A stretch of DNA of 63,370 nucleotides, filler included, from Hausera hauseri (taxonomy: Eukaryota): assembly GCA_046269625.1 (NCBI GenBank). It is 12 parts of 12 records of this genome, joined end to end, with 100 filler letters (N's around TTAATTAATTAA, not from the genome) between each part and the next. Parts side by side here need not be neighbours in the genome. Positions count along the whole stretch, not along the records: positions 1 to 4,153 come from JBJURY010732212.1; positions 4,254 to 9,493 come from JBJURY010301389.1; positions 9,594 to 14,562 come from JBJURY010374925.1; 9 more parts are not named here. The stretch is one strand, 5' to 3'. Below are positions 1-12,702 of this stretch, piece by piece (positions within the stretch are counted from its first letter, which is position 1; every line of letters begins with the position of its first letter). Both the position numbers and the translations under genes were made by a program. The notes beneath the pieces are model-generated. The model worked only from the letters and a program-made list of their open reading frames with translations. It was not told where the DNA came from and ran no database searches.

Positions 1-1299
1 ATATTCTTCTATTGACTCTAATAGATATAGAAATAGATTTAGCAATTACATTCATTACTTAGGTGAACTGAAATATTTTTCTCATGATATGTCTATGGAA
101 ATATGTAACATAGGTAAATTTTAAAAGTAGAATCCACAACTTTCCATTAATATATTTCTGTTTCATGATGAGGATGATGTAGACTTCAATAAGTATATTG
201 AAAAAAAATTTATTCATTCATATTTTTTATCGAAGCAAAAATCCGAGTCATTCTGTAGTAAAAAAGGGCCAACGATTAAAGTAGAATGCAGAGACAGTTT
301 ATACACTTCACTGTAGAAATTACACCATCTCAGAATTTTACCAGGAAAGCAGGCAGTATTGATTTATTTATTGGACGTGGAAAAGTTTCATCTTTATAAC
401 CCAATACTGAAATATTATGTATCTTACTANNNNNNNNNNAGCTTACTAGGATATGATGGGACGATGTGCGGAAAATTACGTAAAATTTTTAATTCAAAAA
501 GAAATAATTACTGAAGAAAACTCGAATAGGAACTACGATTATTGCTGTACCTCTGACAATCTGGAAGATATCCATTTACCACCTACAGATTGTAAGGTTA
601 GAAAAATCTTCCTAGCAAAAGCCTTACAGAGATGTTTAGAGGCACCACAATTAACAGGATGAAACATCAGTATCTTAGTCACTTCCACCTATTAAATAAA
701 TTCAAACAACAGTAGCTGTTACAGCAATAACAGAATACTTCCTTGTTAATAATTTAATCTTGCCACCCAACTTCAACAGAGGAAATCAGTAGTATATGAT
801 ACAAATGCCATTACATAGATATAATAGAAGATTAGACCAACCAAAAGTAATAAAAGTAAATAATCCAGAGATAATTATTACAGCATGGATGAGTACAACA
901 AGATTGAGCGACGCAAAATTGAACGCTCTCGCTATCAAATATGGAGCGAATCCCGAATGGGTAATCTACGCAAGATTTGTGAATAGAATTATTGCTTATC
1001 TAGGATTGATCCACATCGATCTTATTCGAACCTAAGGAAGTTACCTGACCGATTATTTTATAGATCTACCCAAAGAAGAAATTCTTGTGACCACGATGTC
1101 CTATTCACAATATCTTACAAATATGTATAAGCAAATTATAGAAATGAGACCATCTAAAAGGAAGAAGAGCAAACATAATATCTATAACATTGACAAATAA
1201 TCCTGGTCCGATGTAGACAAAAATATAGATAGTATGAACAAGATCATCCAAAAAGTGACACATCAATGAACAATTGTAAATGATCTCGTTACTGAATCC

Positions 1300-3332
1300 G
1301 AGAGTCATATTGGTACAAGATCCACTTTGTCAAACTGCCATAACTCAAATCTACACCAGGTACTTCTGTCGTCATGCATATTAGCCTTATACATGTCCAA
1401 CCTACAAGTACAGGATACTAAAAGCTTCCGATTAATAGCAAGACTAATGTTCAATGCGGACATACTCATTCCCTTGAAATGGAGAAAATAAAACAAATAG
1501 GAAATGCAGATTTTATCGCGACTAAAATCCTAATGCTCAATGTACTACTTCCTACGGAAAGAAAGCTTGCTCAAAATCACATAGCAAATAGCTCAGTACA
1601 AGAAAAGCTTAGGATTGACAAATCATTCTTAAAAAAGGATATACCCATCGGAAAATCCAATTCAGAAGATATCTGTTTACCCATTAGTTGGCCTGCAGGA
1701 ATGCCAGGAAGAAGAAGAATGCAATTGGTAGCACAATATACCTGTACATAACTTACACCGAACCTAACCTACTTCACTATAAAAGATACAAATTAACATG
1801 TATATACAATGTATATTATACATATACCATATTCTCCGCGTAATAAATGATCAGTGAAAACCAACCACAAAAAATCAAATATAATGTGCCAGTTATCTCT
1901 TGTTGTTCTACATCACGTTCTTATCAGCTAAGAGACATCACGAATGTAACACATCAAACGAGCACTATTCCTTAAATCGTAGTATGTACATCAAAGCAAC
2001 CCGGTGAGGCGGAATACAACCTTGAATGCTCAAGCCCTACACCATCATTATTCTGTATACCAGAGGACAGATACTTCTGACAGTACAATTATTATCTTGC
2101 CATGATACATTTTGGGTAAGTATCATATGTTTCCATAAATCTAGCACATCACCCACTTGCATTTCGCAATAGTTTTCACATACCGAAACTCATCAAAACC
2201 TCTTTTGTACCATTAAATATTTCTCTTAGAGTAAAAGCTAATCTTATTCTATTAAACTATCTGGTTTCATTTGAAGATACCGTTGAGGCTTGTTTCCTAA
2301 TTACAAATCGATTCAATGAGTGCAATTAACTCCAATCAGATTATACTTACTGGTTCAAATAAAACGTTATTACCATGATCCACTTCCTAAATTAAAGACC
2401 ATAGCTCTATCCGAGACCTAGCCGCATCTCATAAGAGTACAAAACCTCATCAATCATTCCTATTTTTAAGTACATTAGCCTGTTGTATACCAAGTTCCCT
2501 GATGCAACCAACACCAAACCCTCAACAGATAATCACTACCTACTCTAAACGAGTGAACCTGACACATTTCTAGATTATGCCGAATTCCTTAAAAATAATT
2601 CTGAAACAGAGTTATGGGACATACAAGAGATTACGTCTTAAAACGGTATTCTGCAATATAACCACGAAAGTAAATGCTTATTCATAACACGCTCCACTAA
2701 AGGGAAGAAAACAGGAAATATCAGGGAGATGAAAAAAGAGTGGGAAGTATTAATAATTTATAGGAAACAAAACCAATGTGAACTTTCGTACCCATGTGCA
2801 AAGAAGAAATTTGTTGTAGAGTCACCCAAGGACTTACTTACTACTTAAAAATACAGGTATCGAAAATAATCGATGAAAAAGATCTTCCCCTTATTGAGAA
2901 TCGAACAATTGCTATATTAATACTCGCGGAAGAAAAAACCACAACAGTATCTTTAACGGAGAACTCACAAAACGAAAAGGAGCAACTCAATATCTATAGA
3001 CTATTCCTGCAAAAAGTACATTTATTGACAAACTTGATTACAAGAACCAGTGCCTGCCAGTAAGATGGAACGAAGGATGAGTGATGCATGTAATAATTAA
3101 ATATGCGGATACTTCTATTACCGGGAGTTATACCTATAACTATAAAAGAAATATCATATCATCAGATAAGGTATACTCCTTAATTTTCGCCATATTCCTT
3201 CCAGTAAACGGTAAATTGAAGCGCACTGTAAAAGGAATCAAACGGAAGGCGCCGATTATCCCTTGCACTCCTACATACATTGATAACCGAAGAATGAAAA
3301 CAAAACTACTTCACGAAGAGGAAACTTGTTAA
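1300..3332 (+). pseudogene. Two tandem degenerate copies of a retroelement accessory ectodomain (Cys/FN3-like repeats)
   Basis: Fragments align by eye with 43362-46756(-): KLRIDKSFLKK..CLPISW vs TQINRSFLEK..CLPIEW; SFEDTVEACFLITN vs TLENTNDACFLVTN; STLACCIP vs SILACCIP; YSLIFAIF vs YSLIFAMF; CCRVTQGLTY motif; stops and frameshifts. Confidence 0.75.
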
Positions 3333-3399
3333 TATTACCACAGATTGGCAATACTCAATATGCCTATCCTCAGCCACAAAACAATATTGTGAGGAATTG

Positions 3400-3770
3400 T
3401 ACGCCACTATTCAACTGGCGATCATGAGTAAATGTCACGATTTCTTTATACTCATGCTAATACAATCAGAAACACACACATACCCTATGTAAACGTAGAT
3501 ATTCTATATTACTAACTATACTACATGGCTGGCACAACCTGACAATCCTAATCTTTAGCTATGTCTATGAAAACAAGGTATTCCAAGCCATTTGCTAAAC
3601 TCAACTACGCATCACCCCACTGCACCATGCAATCTTATTTAGCCGATTCCTCGTGGTGAAAATTTTAAATTAAACATAGAAAAAATGGCACCTACCTATT
3701 CGACGCAAACTGTGCCCATGGAGATACGAAGAAACTCCTCTTATAACCGCAATTTTAACTTGAATTTAAA
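3400..3770 (+). pseudogene. Degenerate ankyrin-repeat region of retroelement accessory ORF
   Basis: TIQLAIMSKCHDFFILMLIQS and KVFQAI..LRITPLHHAI..NGTYLFDAN match 42640-43196(-). Confidence 0.75.
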
Positions 3771-3860
3771 GGTAGTCTCCATCTTGATGTGACAACCAGA
3801 TATTGTATCAGAAACTCATAATTATCGAAAGTATGGGAAAAATGCGGTTTCTCCCTCACC

Positions 3861-4153
3861 CTGGGGGGTGTGCGCGTAGATAAATCGATAGTGCACTATA
3901 AATCCGTATAGTACTAGGCGACGGTGCCGCTAGGCACCGTTGCTAAGGGCATTTTTGCACATTTCACAAATCGATTGCTGCACACTGCAGTATTGATTTG
4001 ATCGATAAGGACAAAGTGCTAATTGATAGTACATATCAGTGTGCAGCGATTCGTACAAAGTGCATGTGTGCAGCAAATGTGCAAGTGTGCAAAAATCAAT
4101 AATATCAGATTTCCGATATTCCCAATATTGATTATTGGGGCACGGCACCGGGT
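3861..4153 (+). mobile_element. Possible polypurine tract and start of a 3' LTR
   Basis: GGGGGG-TG directly after the last accessory ORF; GC-richer non-coding sequence with an 11-bp hairpin (3918-3943). Confidence 0.35.
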
Positions 4154-4253
4154 NNNNNNNNNNNNNNNNNNNNNNNNNNNNNNNNNNNNNNNNNNNNTTA
4201 ATTAATTAANNNNNNNNNNNNNNNNNNNNNNNNNNNNNNNNNNNNNNNNNNNN
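4154..4253. other. Artificial contig-joining linker (N-run + TTAATTAATTAA six-frame stop + N-run); same linker at 9494-9593, 14563-14662, 22023-22122, 26065-26164, 30281-30380, 36832-36931, 42540-42639, 46973-47072, 54459-54558, 58881-58980
   Basis: Identical 100-nt spacer repeated 11 times; flanking sequences are unrelated. Confidence 0.98.
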
Positions 4254-4419
4254 TTTTCGAATTTGTGTAGCTGGATTCTTGCTCTTCAGGCTCATTTTCG
4301 ATTTTTACTTTTTGGGATTTTTGTTGATTGAGGAAATGATTATTTCTCTGAAGGTTTCAGATTCAAAAGGTCAATTTGGGATTATGGTCGATTTTTTGAC
4401 TTTTTGATTCAGATTTTTT

Positions 4420-5245
4420 GTTAATTAAGAGATCCTAACAGCTGGAGTTACTTGCTTGCAAATAAAACAGTGAAGAGCTTCATCCAAAAACTCCTCAGTA
4501 AATTTATATGCATAACAAGGTGCTTTGTCTTGCTATAAAATAGCATCTTTTAAATCAAAACAAAAGGATAAATCTTTGAGCAATGATGTAAGGCACTTTG
4601 TAACATAAGTTTCGCAGTTAAATTTGAAGCCTGATGGAAGAACCACAAGTTTAGAGCGTCCTTTTTCCCACACTCCAGCAAAAACTGTAGCACACAAGTG
4701 CGCTTTTGATAAATTGCTATATTTTTGTCAAGGCTGATGGTTTCCAAAGAACGGCCAAAACAACGTTCATTTTGTTTATTTAAGTATCACCCTACTTTAA
4801 TATACATCCATCAACAAAAGTGATGTTGGGAACATCATTATCCCTAAACTTTTTGCGAAGCGCACGTGCACAATTCAATCGGTTTGCTTTGATGTTTTTT
4901 GAAAGTAAAAAGCGTTTTTGTTTTTTAAAAACACATATTCCTTTCTTTTACATAAACTTTCTCACACCTGTATGACTAACTTTAAGCATCTTTGCAACTG
5001 ATCGTATTGTATTGGGTCGTTTGACTTTTTTAGAAGTCGAATGATACGATTACAAAGGGTCTCACTGAATTTTTTGGAGGATGTTTTTGCATTTTTTTTA
5101 CACAAATTAAATTATTCTGGCGACATCTTTTCTGATACAACATAGCTATTCCACATGGAGGTTTTATAATTTTCTTTATTTCAAGGACACTTTTTTCATC
5201 TTTTAAATGATCCACAACCAAATTCTGAATGTCTCGTGAAATCAT
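4420..5245 (-). pseudogene. Tc1/mariner-superfamily transposase remnant
   Basis: HTH-like TIRSVAKMLKVSHTGV, RLNCARAL..ITFVD, VFAGVW..G, and a QDKAPCY (QD.AP.H-like) motif across frameshifts. Confidence 0.7.
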
Positions 5246-6789
5246 ATTGCAACTGACTACTACTAATGTGACAATATTTATGCTATAAATTTATCTGACA
5301 GCTCATTAAGTTTTCTATTGATTATTTGTTTGGCAGTTTGCCAAATTTCATTTTATGTGAAAATATTCAAATTTTGATAAGCTATTAAAAGTAAGTTTCC
5401 ACTCGGTATATTGTGGATTTGGTTGTTGAAACGCATACTGACCAAACAAACTGGGTTGATAGCTCGGAAATTGTACTTTTTATGTAATATTAAGCAGTTT
5501 TGTTAATATTTTTGCTTATTATGGGACCAAAACTTGAAATTTCTGTAGAAAAAGAAGTCAGATGGTGATCCTCAGGGAAAAAGGATATACGTTACATGAA
5601 GCTGCAGATACACAGGATTGCAATAATAGTAGGTAGAAGTGTCCTCTCCTCCTCATTTCTCTGATTAGTCAATCGATCAATTTTGCGCATCTGATTGGTT
5701 AATCCGCTCATTTCACAAATTTTCTTACGATCTCCCCACCGTGAGAAAAGCTTTGCACATCAGATCGACTCAAATCGGTAGAGCTCGACGAGCTGAGCAA
5801 AAGTTAATTGCGATGCGGCTTACAGAAATGTAAAGGAGAGGCGCTAGAAGAGGAAGAAGCAAAACAGGAAATGTACCACGCGTAACGAGAAACGTGTTGC
5901 TAGCACTGAGAAACTGTGTACAAAGGGTAAATCGATGCTGGCGAATCCAATGGACACGGCTGCAACTCAATCAGACCATGGGAACATAAGGAAAAATCGA
6001 TTGGAAAATTTCAAACGGGGAAAATGTCCCCTAACACAAGTCAAACGGCGGTGAAAATGGGTTGAGCTCCGTTGTGCTTAACAAGTGACATGCTATCTTA
6101 ATATAGTTTTTTTGTTGTTTTTGATTATTGTTTTGCCGAGGAATAATGCACTCTGGTCGTTTTGTCTCGTCGTGCACTGCTTCTCATCGGGATTACAATC
6201 ATTCGGATTTCTGGATTCCCGTTCGAGATAAAAAATCCTGTGACAATAAAACTACATGGAATTATCGAAATAAAGTTCAAAGACAGGCTAATCAAGACTT
6301 CAACAAAAGTGTTGCTCAGAGTTTCCTTTACCGTTCTGCCAAAACAAAGATATATATCGAACTTTCAGAACTCGTCATCCATCAATGTCCTTTTATTAAA
6401 TAGTCTTCACGTCGTCACATGTAATGTCGCTCCTAACGGGATATTGTACTGACACTTGTTATTTTGTTCTTTGTTTGTAAGTTTTTCGATGAACGGAAAA
6501 TTAGACACAACAAATTTTATTCACGTTCCCCTGTTCGAGATTTTCCGCCATGTTCTGTCAAAATAAAATATTCACCGAATGTTCAAGGACATAGTTTCAA
6601 AATTTATATTTAAAAGGCCGTTTGCTATTTCTCTTCAATAATTGAATTATGGTTGTAAATATTATTGTTGTTATGATTATTGTAATGATAATTGTAGAAT
6701 TGAATTATTGACGTAGTTAAAGATTAGAATTTGAAAATACAAAACTTTATTTTCGCAGTAGCGTTTTGTTATTTGATTTCAACGTCTAC

Positions 6790-7584
6790 TTTATGGATCA
6801 ACAATTGGACTTACGTACAAATCCTGAATCATCATACAAACACCGACACCATAGCTGACGTTTTATTCGCACATGGATTAGCAGGCTTGGAACACATCGT
6901 TTCATCATCACGGATCAGGGTCCACAGTTTGAATCCAACCTGTTCAAATCTTGTTAACCGATTGGGGTCAATCACATACATACTACGCTTTATCACTCCC
7001 AATCGAATGGCCTTCTAGAACGTTTTTACCGAACACTGAAAATGTCACTAAAATTCTTGCAGCATCCAACACTAGTTGGACGAATCTTCTTCCGTTCGTT
7101 CTGCTCGGCTGGCGGAATACTCCGTCCACTTCTACAGAATGCTCACCTACTGAAGCCTTATTCGGAGCTCCTGTCCGATAATTATTCGAACTAACCGCCC
7201 TAGATGACACTCCCACAAATGATACGATACGGCGGCGCAAAATCAATTCGTCGAGGTCAGCAAAGATTCGTTCTTTATGATACATTACAAAGACAAAACA
7301 TACCCGAAGATTTGTATACGGCTAAATTCGTATGGCTGAAGAATCAAACTCCTTGCGGTTTCCAGCCACAGTACCTGGGGCAGCTACACTCGCACAACGT
7401 TATTACCTCTAAATATGGCAAAGATTTCACAGTACACATTACCAACTTAAAGCCCGCTTTCTTTGTCGACGACACCTTACCAACCGACACATCAACTTCC
7501 TTTCTTACTCCTCCACTCCCTGCTATCACTACATCTATTGTTACACCATTTCCACCTTCCTCTTCCGCGCCTAGTCCTGCTTAA
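6790..7584 (+). pseudogene. Ty3/Gypsy integrase remnant
   Basis: WISRLG..IITDQGPQFES, HTTLYHSQSNGLLERFYRTLK, WTNLLPFVLLGWRNTP..CSPTEALFG across frameshifts. Confidence 0.85.
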
Positions 7585-8054
7585 TCATTTTCTACACTTT
7601 CTACTTCTATCCTACCACTACCTCTGTATTATTTTCTTTTTCCACTCCTTCACTCAATACAACTACAATCTCTACTCCAACTTTTTCCTCTCTTCCTTTA
7701 TTCATCACTACACCTTTCATCATTCCTTAGTCTTCTAACACTCTTTTCAACGCCTTTAACTATACGTCTTCAACAATCCTTCTTCCTTCTTTGTCTTCTT
7801 CCTTTCTTTATTCTGATTCATCTTCTCACGACACAACACTTACACCAAAATCTACAATTTTTTTCCCAACCTCAGTCTCTGCAGACAAACATATTGCATA
7901 AACACAACATGCACAGTAACATTCAGCCAGTATAGTAGGGAAAAATCAGTAGAAGGTATTCAACGTCTTATACACACTAAGCTCAACTGACACACACACT
8001 TTTCGTATAGCGATTTTTTCTCTCTTTTATTCTTTATAGTTTCAACTTTGCCAC

Positions 8055-8170
8055 AGGGGGGGGGGGTGATGTGGTGCCCGCGTCGATCGTCGCCCTCCGG
8101 CCAATCGGTTGGGCACGGCACTTTTCCGCGGCACTGTCCGGCGCATAGGTAGGCCCCATTTTTCTGCCTT
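8055..8170 (+). mobile_element. Polypurine tract (A+G11) and truncated 3' LTR start of the Gypsy remnant
   Basis: AGGGGGGGGGGG followed by TGATGTGG, downstream of the integrase and a pyrimidine-rich tail. Confidence 0.55.
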
Positions 8171-8557
8171 GAAAACTGAAGTAAATCGATAGAAAGGATG
8201 CCTCTATATTATGTTGTGAATTGTTCAACATCTCTCCAAACAAATCCAAATTATCTAATCCACATTTTGTTAATATTCTACTTTATGACAACGATCCTAT
8301 CATTCAACGGTCTCATTATGAATATATTTTCCAGCATAACATGCGACGAGTAATTCTAATGAAATCTCAATGCGTCTTATTTTTCTGGATGAGAATTTTA
8401 TTATTCCACTCTACTGGTGATGTTACCGATGCAAATTCAGAACAATTCACCCAAACCAAACTGAACCTATGATTTAAATTCAGCGAATAATTCTGACAAC
8501 GAAAACAATTCGAACGTATTTACAAATCATGATTTTCTGTTTCCACAAGCAAACAAA

Positions 8558-9445
8558 ATGGATTTAAATGGGTATAATCAAGTTTCAGTTCGAAACTCTT
8601 CACAAAATATTGACCTGAATCCACTGAACATTGAAACGTTAGAACAAAATATGTCAAACGTTAATTTATCGGACAGTCGCTATTCAAATTTTACTCTTTT
8701 CCAACCCTTAAATCAGTCTCCGTCTCCAACGAAAAAGACTTGGGCAATTATCGTTGGTAAATCGGGGAAATCAGCAAACGCAAATTTTTCAAATATACAA
8801 AATCTTCCCAATCGTATGACATCGACGAAAACGGAATTAAATTTACGAAAATCTCAGAAAATCGATTCAAAATATTCCGTTAACAATGAAAACAGTAGCA
8901 GTTCATTGTTTTTTCAAGACAAAATCAACCATCGAGATTTTGATTATAGTCCGAAAAGTGCAAAGTTTTTCGTTATAAAATCGTATTCGGAAGACGATGT
9001 GTACAGATCGATAAAATATCAGATTTGGTGTTCAACAGAGACTGGTAATCGTCGTTTGGATAATGCCTACAGCCATTGCCGTGGTGAAATTCCAATTTAT
9101 TTGTTTTTCTCGGTAAATGGTAGCGGGCATTTCTGTGGTGTTGCCGAAATGCTCAGTCCCGTTGATTATAAGACTCGTGCCGGTGTTTGGGCCCAGGGAA
9201 AATGGAAAGGGCAATTTCGGGTTCGTTGGATTTTTGTTAAAGACGTTCCGAACAGTCAACTTCGGCATATTCGTATCGAAACGAACGACAACAAACCAGT
9301 AACGAATTCTCGAGATGTTACCGAAATTCCGTTGGACAAAGGTCGACAAGTGTTGAAAATCATCGCAAATTATAAATCGACTTCATCAATTTATGATGAT
9401 TTTGATCATTACGAACAGCGTGAATTGTCTGAAACAAATACGTAA
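8558..9445 (+). CDS. YTHDF: YTH domain family (YTHDF-type) m6A reader
   Basis: [50 protein letters not shown]...[22 protein letters not shown]; aromatic-cage Trp residues intact; low-complexity N/S/Q N-terminus. Confidence 0.95.
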   Translation: MDLNGYNQVSVRNSSQNIDLNPLNIETLEQNMSNVNLSDSRYSNFTLFQPLNQSPSPTKKTWAIIVGKSGKSANANFSNIQNLPNRMTSTKTELNLRKSQKIDSKYSVNNENSSSSLFFQDKINHRDFDYSPKSAKFFVIKSYSEDDVYRSIKYQIWCSTETGNRRLDNAYSHCRGEIPIYLFFSVNGSGHFCGVAEMLSPVDYKTRAGVWAQGKWKGQFRVRWIFVKDVPNSQLRHIRIETNDNKPVTNSRDVTEIPLDKGRQVLKIIANYKSTSSIYDDFDHYEQRELSETNT

Positions 9446-9593
9446 AGAAAATAACACACGAACAATGGTTTTATTCGTTTTATTTCTTTTAGANNNNNNN
9501 NNNNNNNNNNNNNNNNNNNNNNNNNNNNNNNNNNNNNTTAATTAATTAANNNNNNNNNNNNNNNNNNNNNNNNNNNNNNNNNNNNNNNNNNNN

Positions 9594-10545
9594 CACTACG
9601 AACAAAATTTACAACAGATATAGGATTATAGATCATCGTCTCCCCAATTTGGTAACCACCAAACGATTTCCTCACATCCTCAAGCTTGTTATACAAGTTG
9701 TGACGTCTAAGAAGCTCAGCGACTTCTTCCTCAGTAAAGCCAAAGTGCTGCGAGAATGCATTGTCGAGTACGGAACATACGCGCAAATTATCAACACCAC
9801 TAAGCAAAATCTCTGCAGCAGGAGTGATCTTGCCACTCATAACAGCTTTGTGGAGAACATCATTCGCTTTGAGAACGCATGCATACAATGACCTCAGGAA
9901 GGCGACCATGTCTTCGAAGTAGCCGTTCTCCAAAGCGCGCTCAAGAGGCTTATCATACTCATTGACTAAAAGCCATGGTTTGACGTGATGATGCTTGAAG
10001 AGACACAGAGCCAACTGTGCAAGGGATGAAATTAATGAGCCGGCACTTGATTCCCTCTCCAATACCTTTTGGAACTCAGTTTTATCCTGCACAGACAAGT
10101 TCTCACTGTCGAGAAGGTAACTGTGTTCTTGAAAAGCGTCTGCGATTACACTTCTAAACACCTCACACGCTTCAGCACAAGTCCTGCCTTCGATCATGAA
10201 CAGGGAAATATAGATCACTGGAAACCTCCCTCGATACTCCTTGCACATCTCCTGTAGCTGCGAAATCTTCAGCCGTTTGAATAACTCATCAGTTAGATGA
10301 ACATTTATCATCTCGTACAGAAAGCAATGCAACAGTAACAAATTAAATGTGTTAACAAAACCGCTTGGACGAATGATAACGATAACTTTGGTCAGATAAT
10401 CCCGAACGACCTCCTCTATGAACAAACTCTTGTCAACAAAACCTGGTTTGTCTAACAACTCCATAACGTTGCTATAGTATGGTGGCAGAGTGTCTCTCGT
10501 TGCGCCGGCAGGAATATTCTCCATAGCGCGTTTAGATATCGACAT
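9594..10545 (-). CDS. Bacterial-type AAA-ATPase-like (PF09820-like) protein, copy A, truncated by contig end
   Basis: FVDKSLFIEE, IIRPSGFVNT (degenerate Walker A), FPVIYISL, LVNEYDKPL, FGFTEEEV, GYQIG..IYNP.SVV; likely start MSISKR at 10545. Confidence 0.85.
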
Positions 10546-10547
10546 TG

Positions 10548-10642
10548 CAGATTGGGATTCCTTAAAGAAAAAAAAGAGAAGGCGAGAAAACAAAAAAATA
10601 GCACGGTCCACAGACAACAGTTTCACCGTAGACAATTCCAGT
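10548..10642. repeat. 5' flank duplicated at 14470-14562 (tandem unit about 3.9 kb)
   Basis: Near-identical ~93-nt sequences upstream of both ATPase copies. Confidence 0.9.
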
Positions 10643-12702
10643 CTACAAAAAAAAAAAGAAAAAAAATGAACAGCAACAAGCATGAAAACGAACATGCGTA
10701 GTGTAGCACATACCACAGTTATGCTAGAAAAATAACTTCCTGTGATAACACAAACACGCATTCCATCGAGACATAAATGCTATCAACGAGTGTCGGTTAA
10801 AGCCAATCTGAGCAACACTGCTAGTCAATTGCGATAATCCTCCGGCATTCTATCGCGGCCTGTACAAGTTCAAACGGCTGCTACTGTGCGGAAGATAAAT
10901 AGCCACTATGACACACATTTCCGTAGATGGCAACTTCAACACGGAGCACATACAGCAGTAAAAATGTTGATGTTGCATATTCCTGTTCTTGGTATGTAGA
11001 TGAGGAAAAATCCTGTGAGAGAAGTGTTCGCCCCAGTTCAACTCCACTCTTCCACAAGCGACGTACCAGACACCGTATATGGAGCACACACCTTTGCACA
11101 GTAATAAAACAGCACATGATCCTACATACAGATTGTAGTATTTCAAGCACTCCAATACACAATAAAATTTTCGCAACGATACGGTCCACACACCACCGAA
11201 ATCACCAGCATCTCGATAACGACAACAGATCCTCGCAACTTCATTCGGTTTGAACTCCAATAACCGCCTCAGATTATATCACATACGGCCAACTCCGGAA
11301 AACAGAACCTCAAGGAACAAGTATTCACTTGAGATAGACATATGCGCTCCACCAACGGCATAATAACAGACTCTGTAGTCTTCATCCAGCTAAATACGGA
11401 GCACGCTGAATGTGACGGTGCAAAAAAGTCACACTTAAGTCTATAGGAATAGTCAAAGGAACAAACAGGAATGGCACTAAGGACGAGGGGAATTTAAGAA
11501 ACCGGAGAACCCGAAATGTACGCTCAACATTCTACATATACCTTCTGTCGAAAAGAATCTCGAATCACAACCGCATGCTCCCTTACATTCGGACACAATA
11601 TACCTTTTGTCATTAGAAACTTGTTAACAGGTAGTACCTACACGCCACAAAAGAACTGTGATGTACCAGACTGGATTCATCTCCTTCCATCGTTCAAAAA
11701 ACTGCACATAGTAATCCCTACAGCAATTATCACAACAGTCTATGATTCACAAGAACCTTGTTCCTCGCCATTAAATCGCACCGTTACCAAAACTCTCCTT
11801 ACAACAATTGGCATTTCGAATGGAATGGTGAAGTTATGGGGAAAGCACACTCTACTCTGCAATGGTGTAGTGATTGTACTACATATCCTCAACACTTTGA
11901 AGACGGGAAAAAGATATCATGTTTAGCGACGGCTTGTAATGATGTGGTCTGTAGCATGCCTTCGCGGCATTCTGACGCACGATTCCATACTGACAGTAGT
12001 TCGGATAGCAACTTCTGTTGAGGATCACTCGTCATTGAAAAAAAGAGCTGAGTCAACGAACTTGACAAATTCAACAGCATCTATAAGAATTTCTGTTATA
12101 TGGTGCAGCGGAGATGTTTTACTTCCCGACAATGGTGCTCACCGTCAATCTTCACCTACAGTGTCCTAAATATAAGGAAACGCGTTCGCTAGAGTCCTCC
12201 ACAGACTAGACCATGTAACGCAAATAATGGTGGGGGAAGTTCGCAAGGCGAAGAAGTAGCGACTCAAAACGCACAATAATGAGATACAGTTAGGAGGAAT
12301 AGAGCTTGCAATCCATTCTGAGGCACACAGTGAACACATTTAACAACAAATGAGAAAGAAGCTGCGTGACATTCACTGAATGTCATGCCAATGCCCCCCA
12401 ACAAAAGACAAAGTAAGCACCGAACGTTATTGCATGAAAACAAAGATATACCAACGAAATAAAAAAAAAGACAAATAGTAAGCGCGAAGAAGCACACACA
12501 CACACACATACTCCGTATAACGTTGACAGGGACATCAAATAAAATATTCATGCCAAAAAGAAACAGATACGGATTCTTCTTCTGAACTTTATTCTGCAAT
12601 TGCGTATAAAAAAAAACACACCACAGACTCTCATACAAAACGAAGGCAACAACAGTGTGTTACCACTTCCACTTGGGATAGTTACGTTTGGTGCTTTGTT
12701 GT

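Noticed and set aside
4154-4253. Regularly recurring palindromic TTAATTAATTAA that could look like a repeat array or recombination site
   Set aside because: Always embedded in N-runs of fixed length; an assembly concatenation linker. Cross-contig gene neighbourhoods are therefore not evidence of a system.
7463-7880. Leu/His/Phe-rich ORF resembling a membrane protein
   Set aside because: Alternative frame of a low-complexity CT-rich retroelement tail
10546-10761. Hydrophobic Phe-rich N-terminal extension (signal/TM-like) on the ATPase ORFs, also 14466-14555
   Set aside because: Translation of polypyrimidine tracts, probably intron/UTR; homology starts after the downstream ATG
10850-12638. 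Several overlapping 60-136 aa ORFs between the ATPase copies
   Set aside because: No recognisable motifs and conflicting frames/strands; cannot support a gene call
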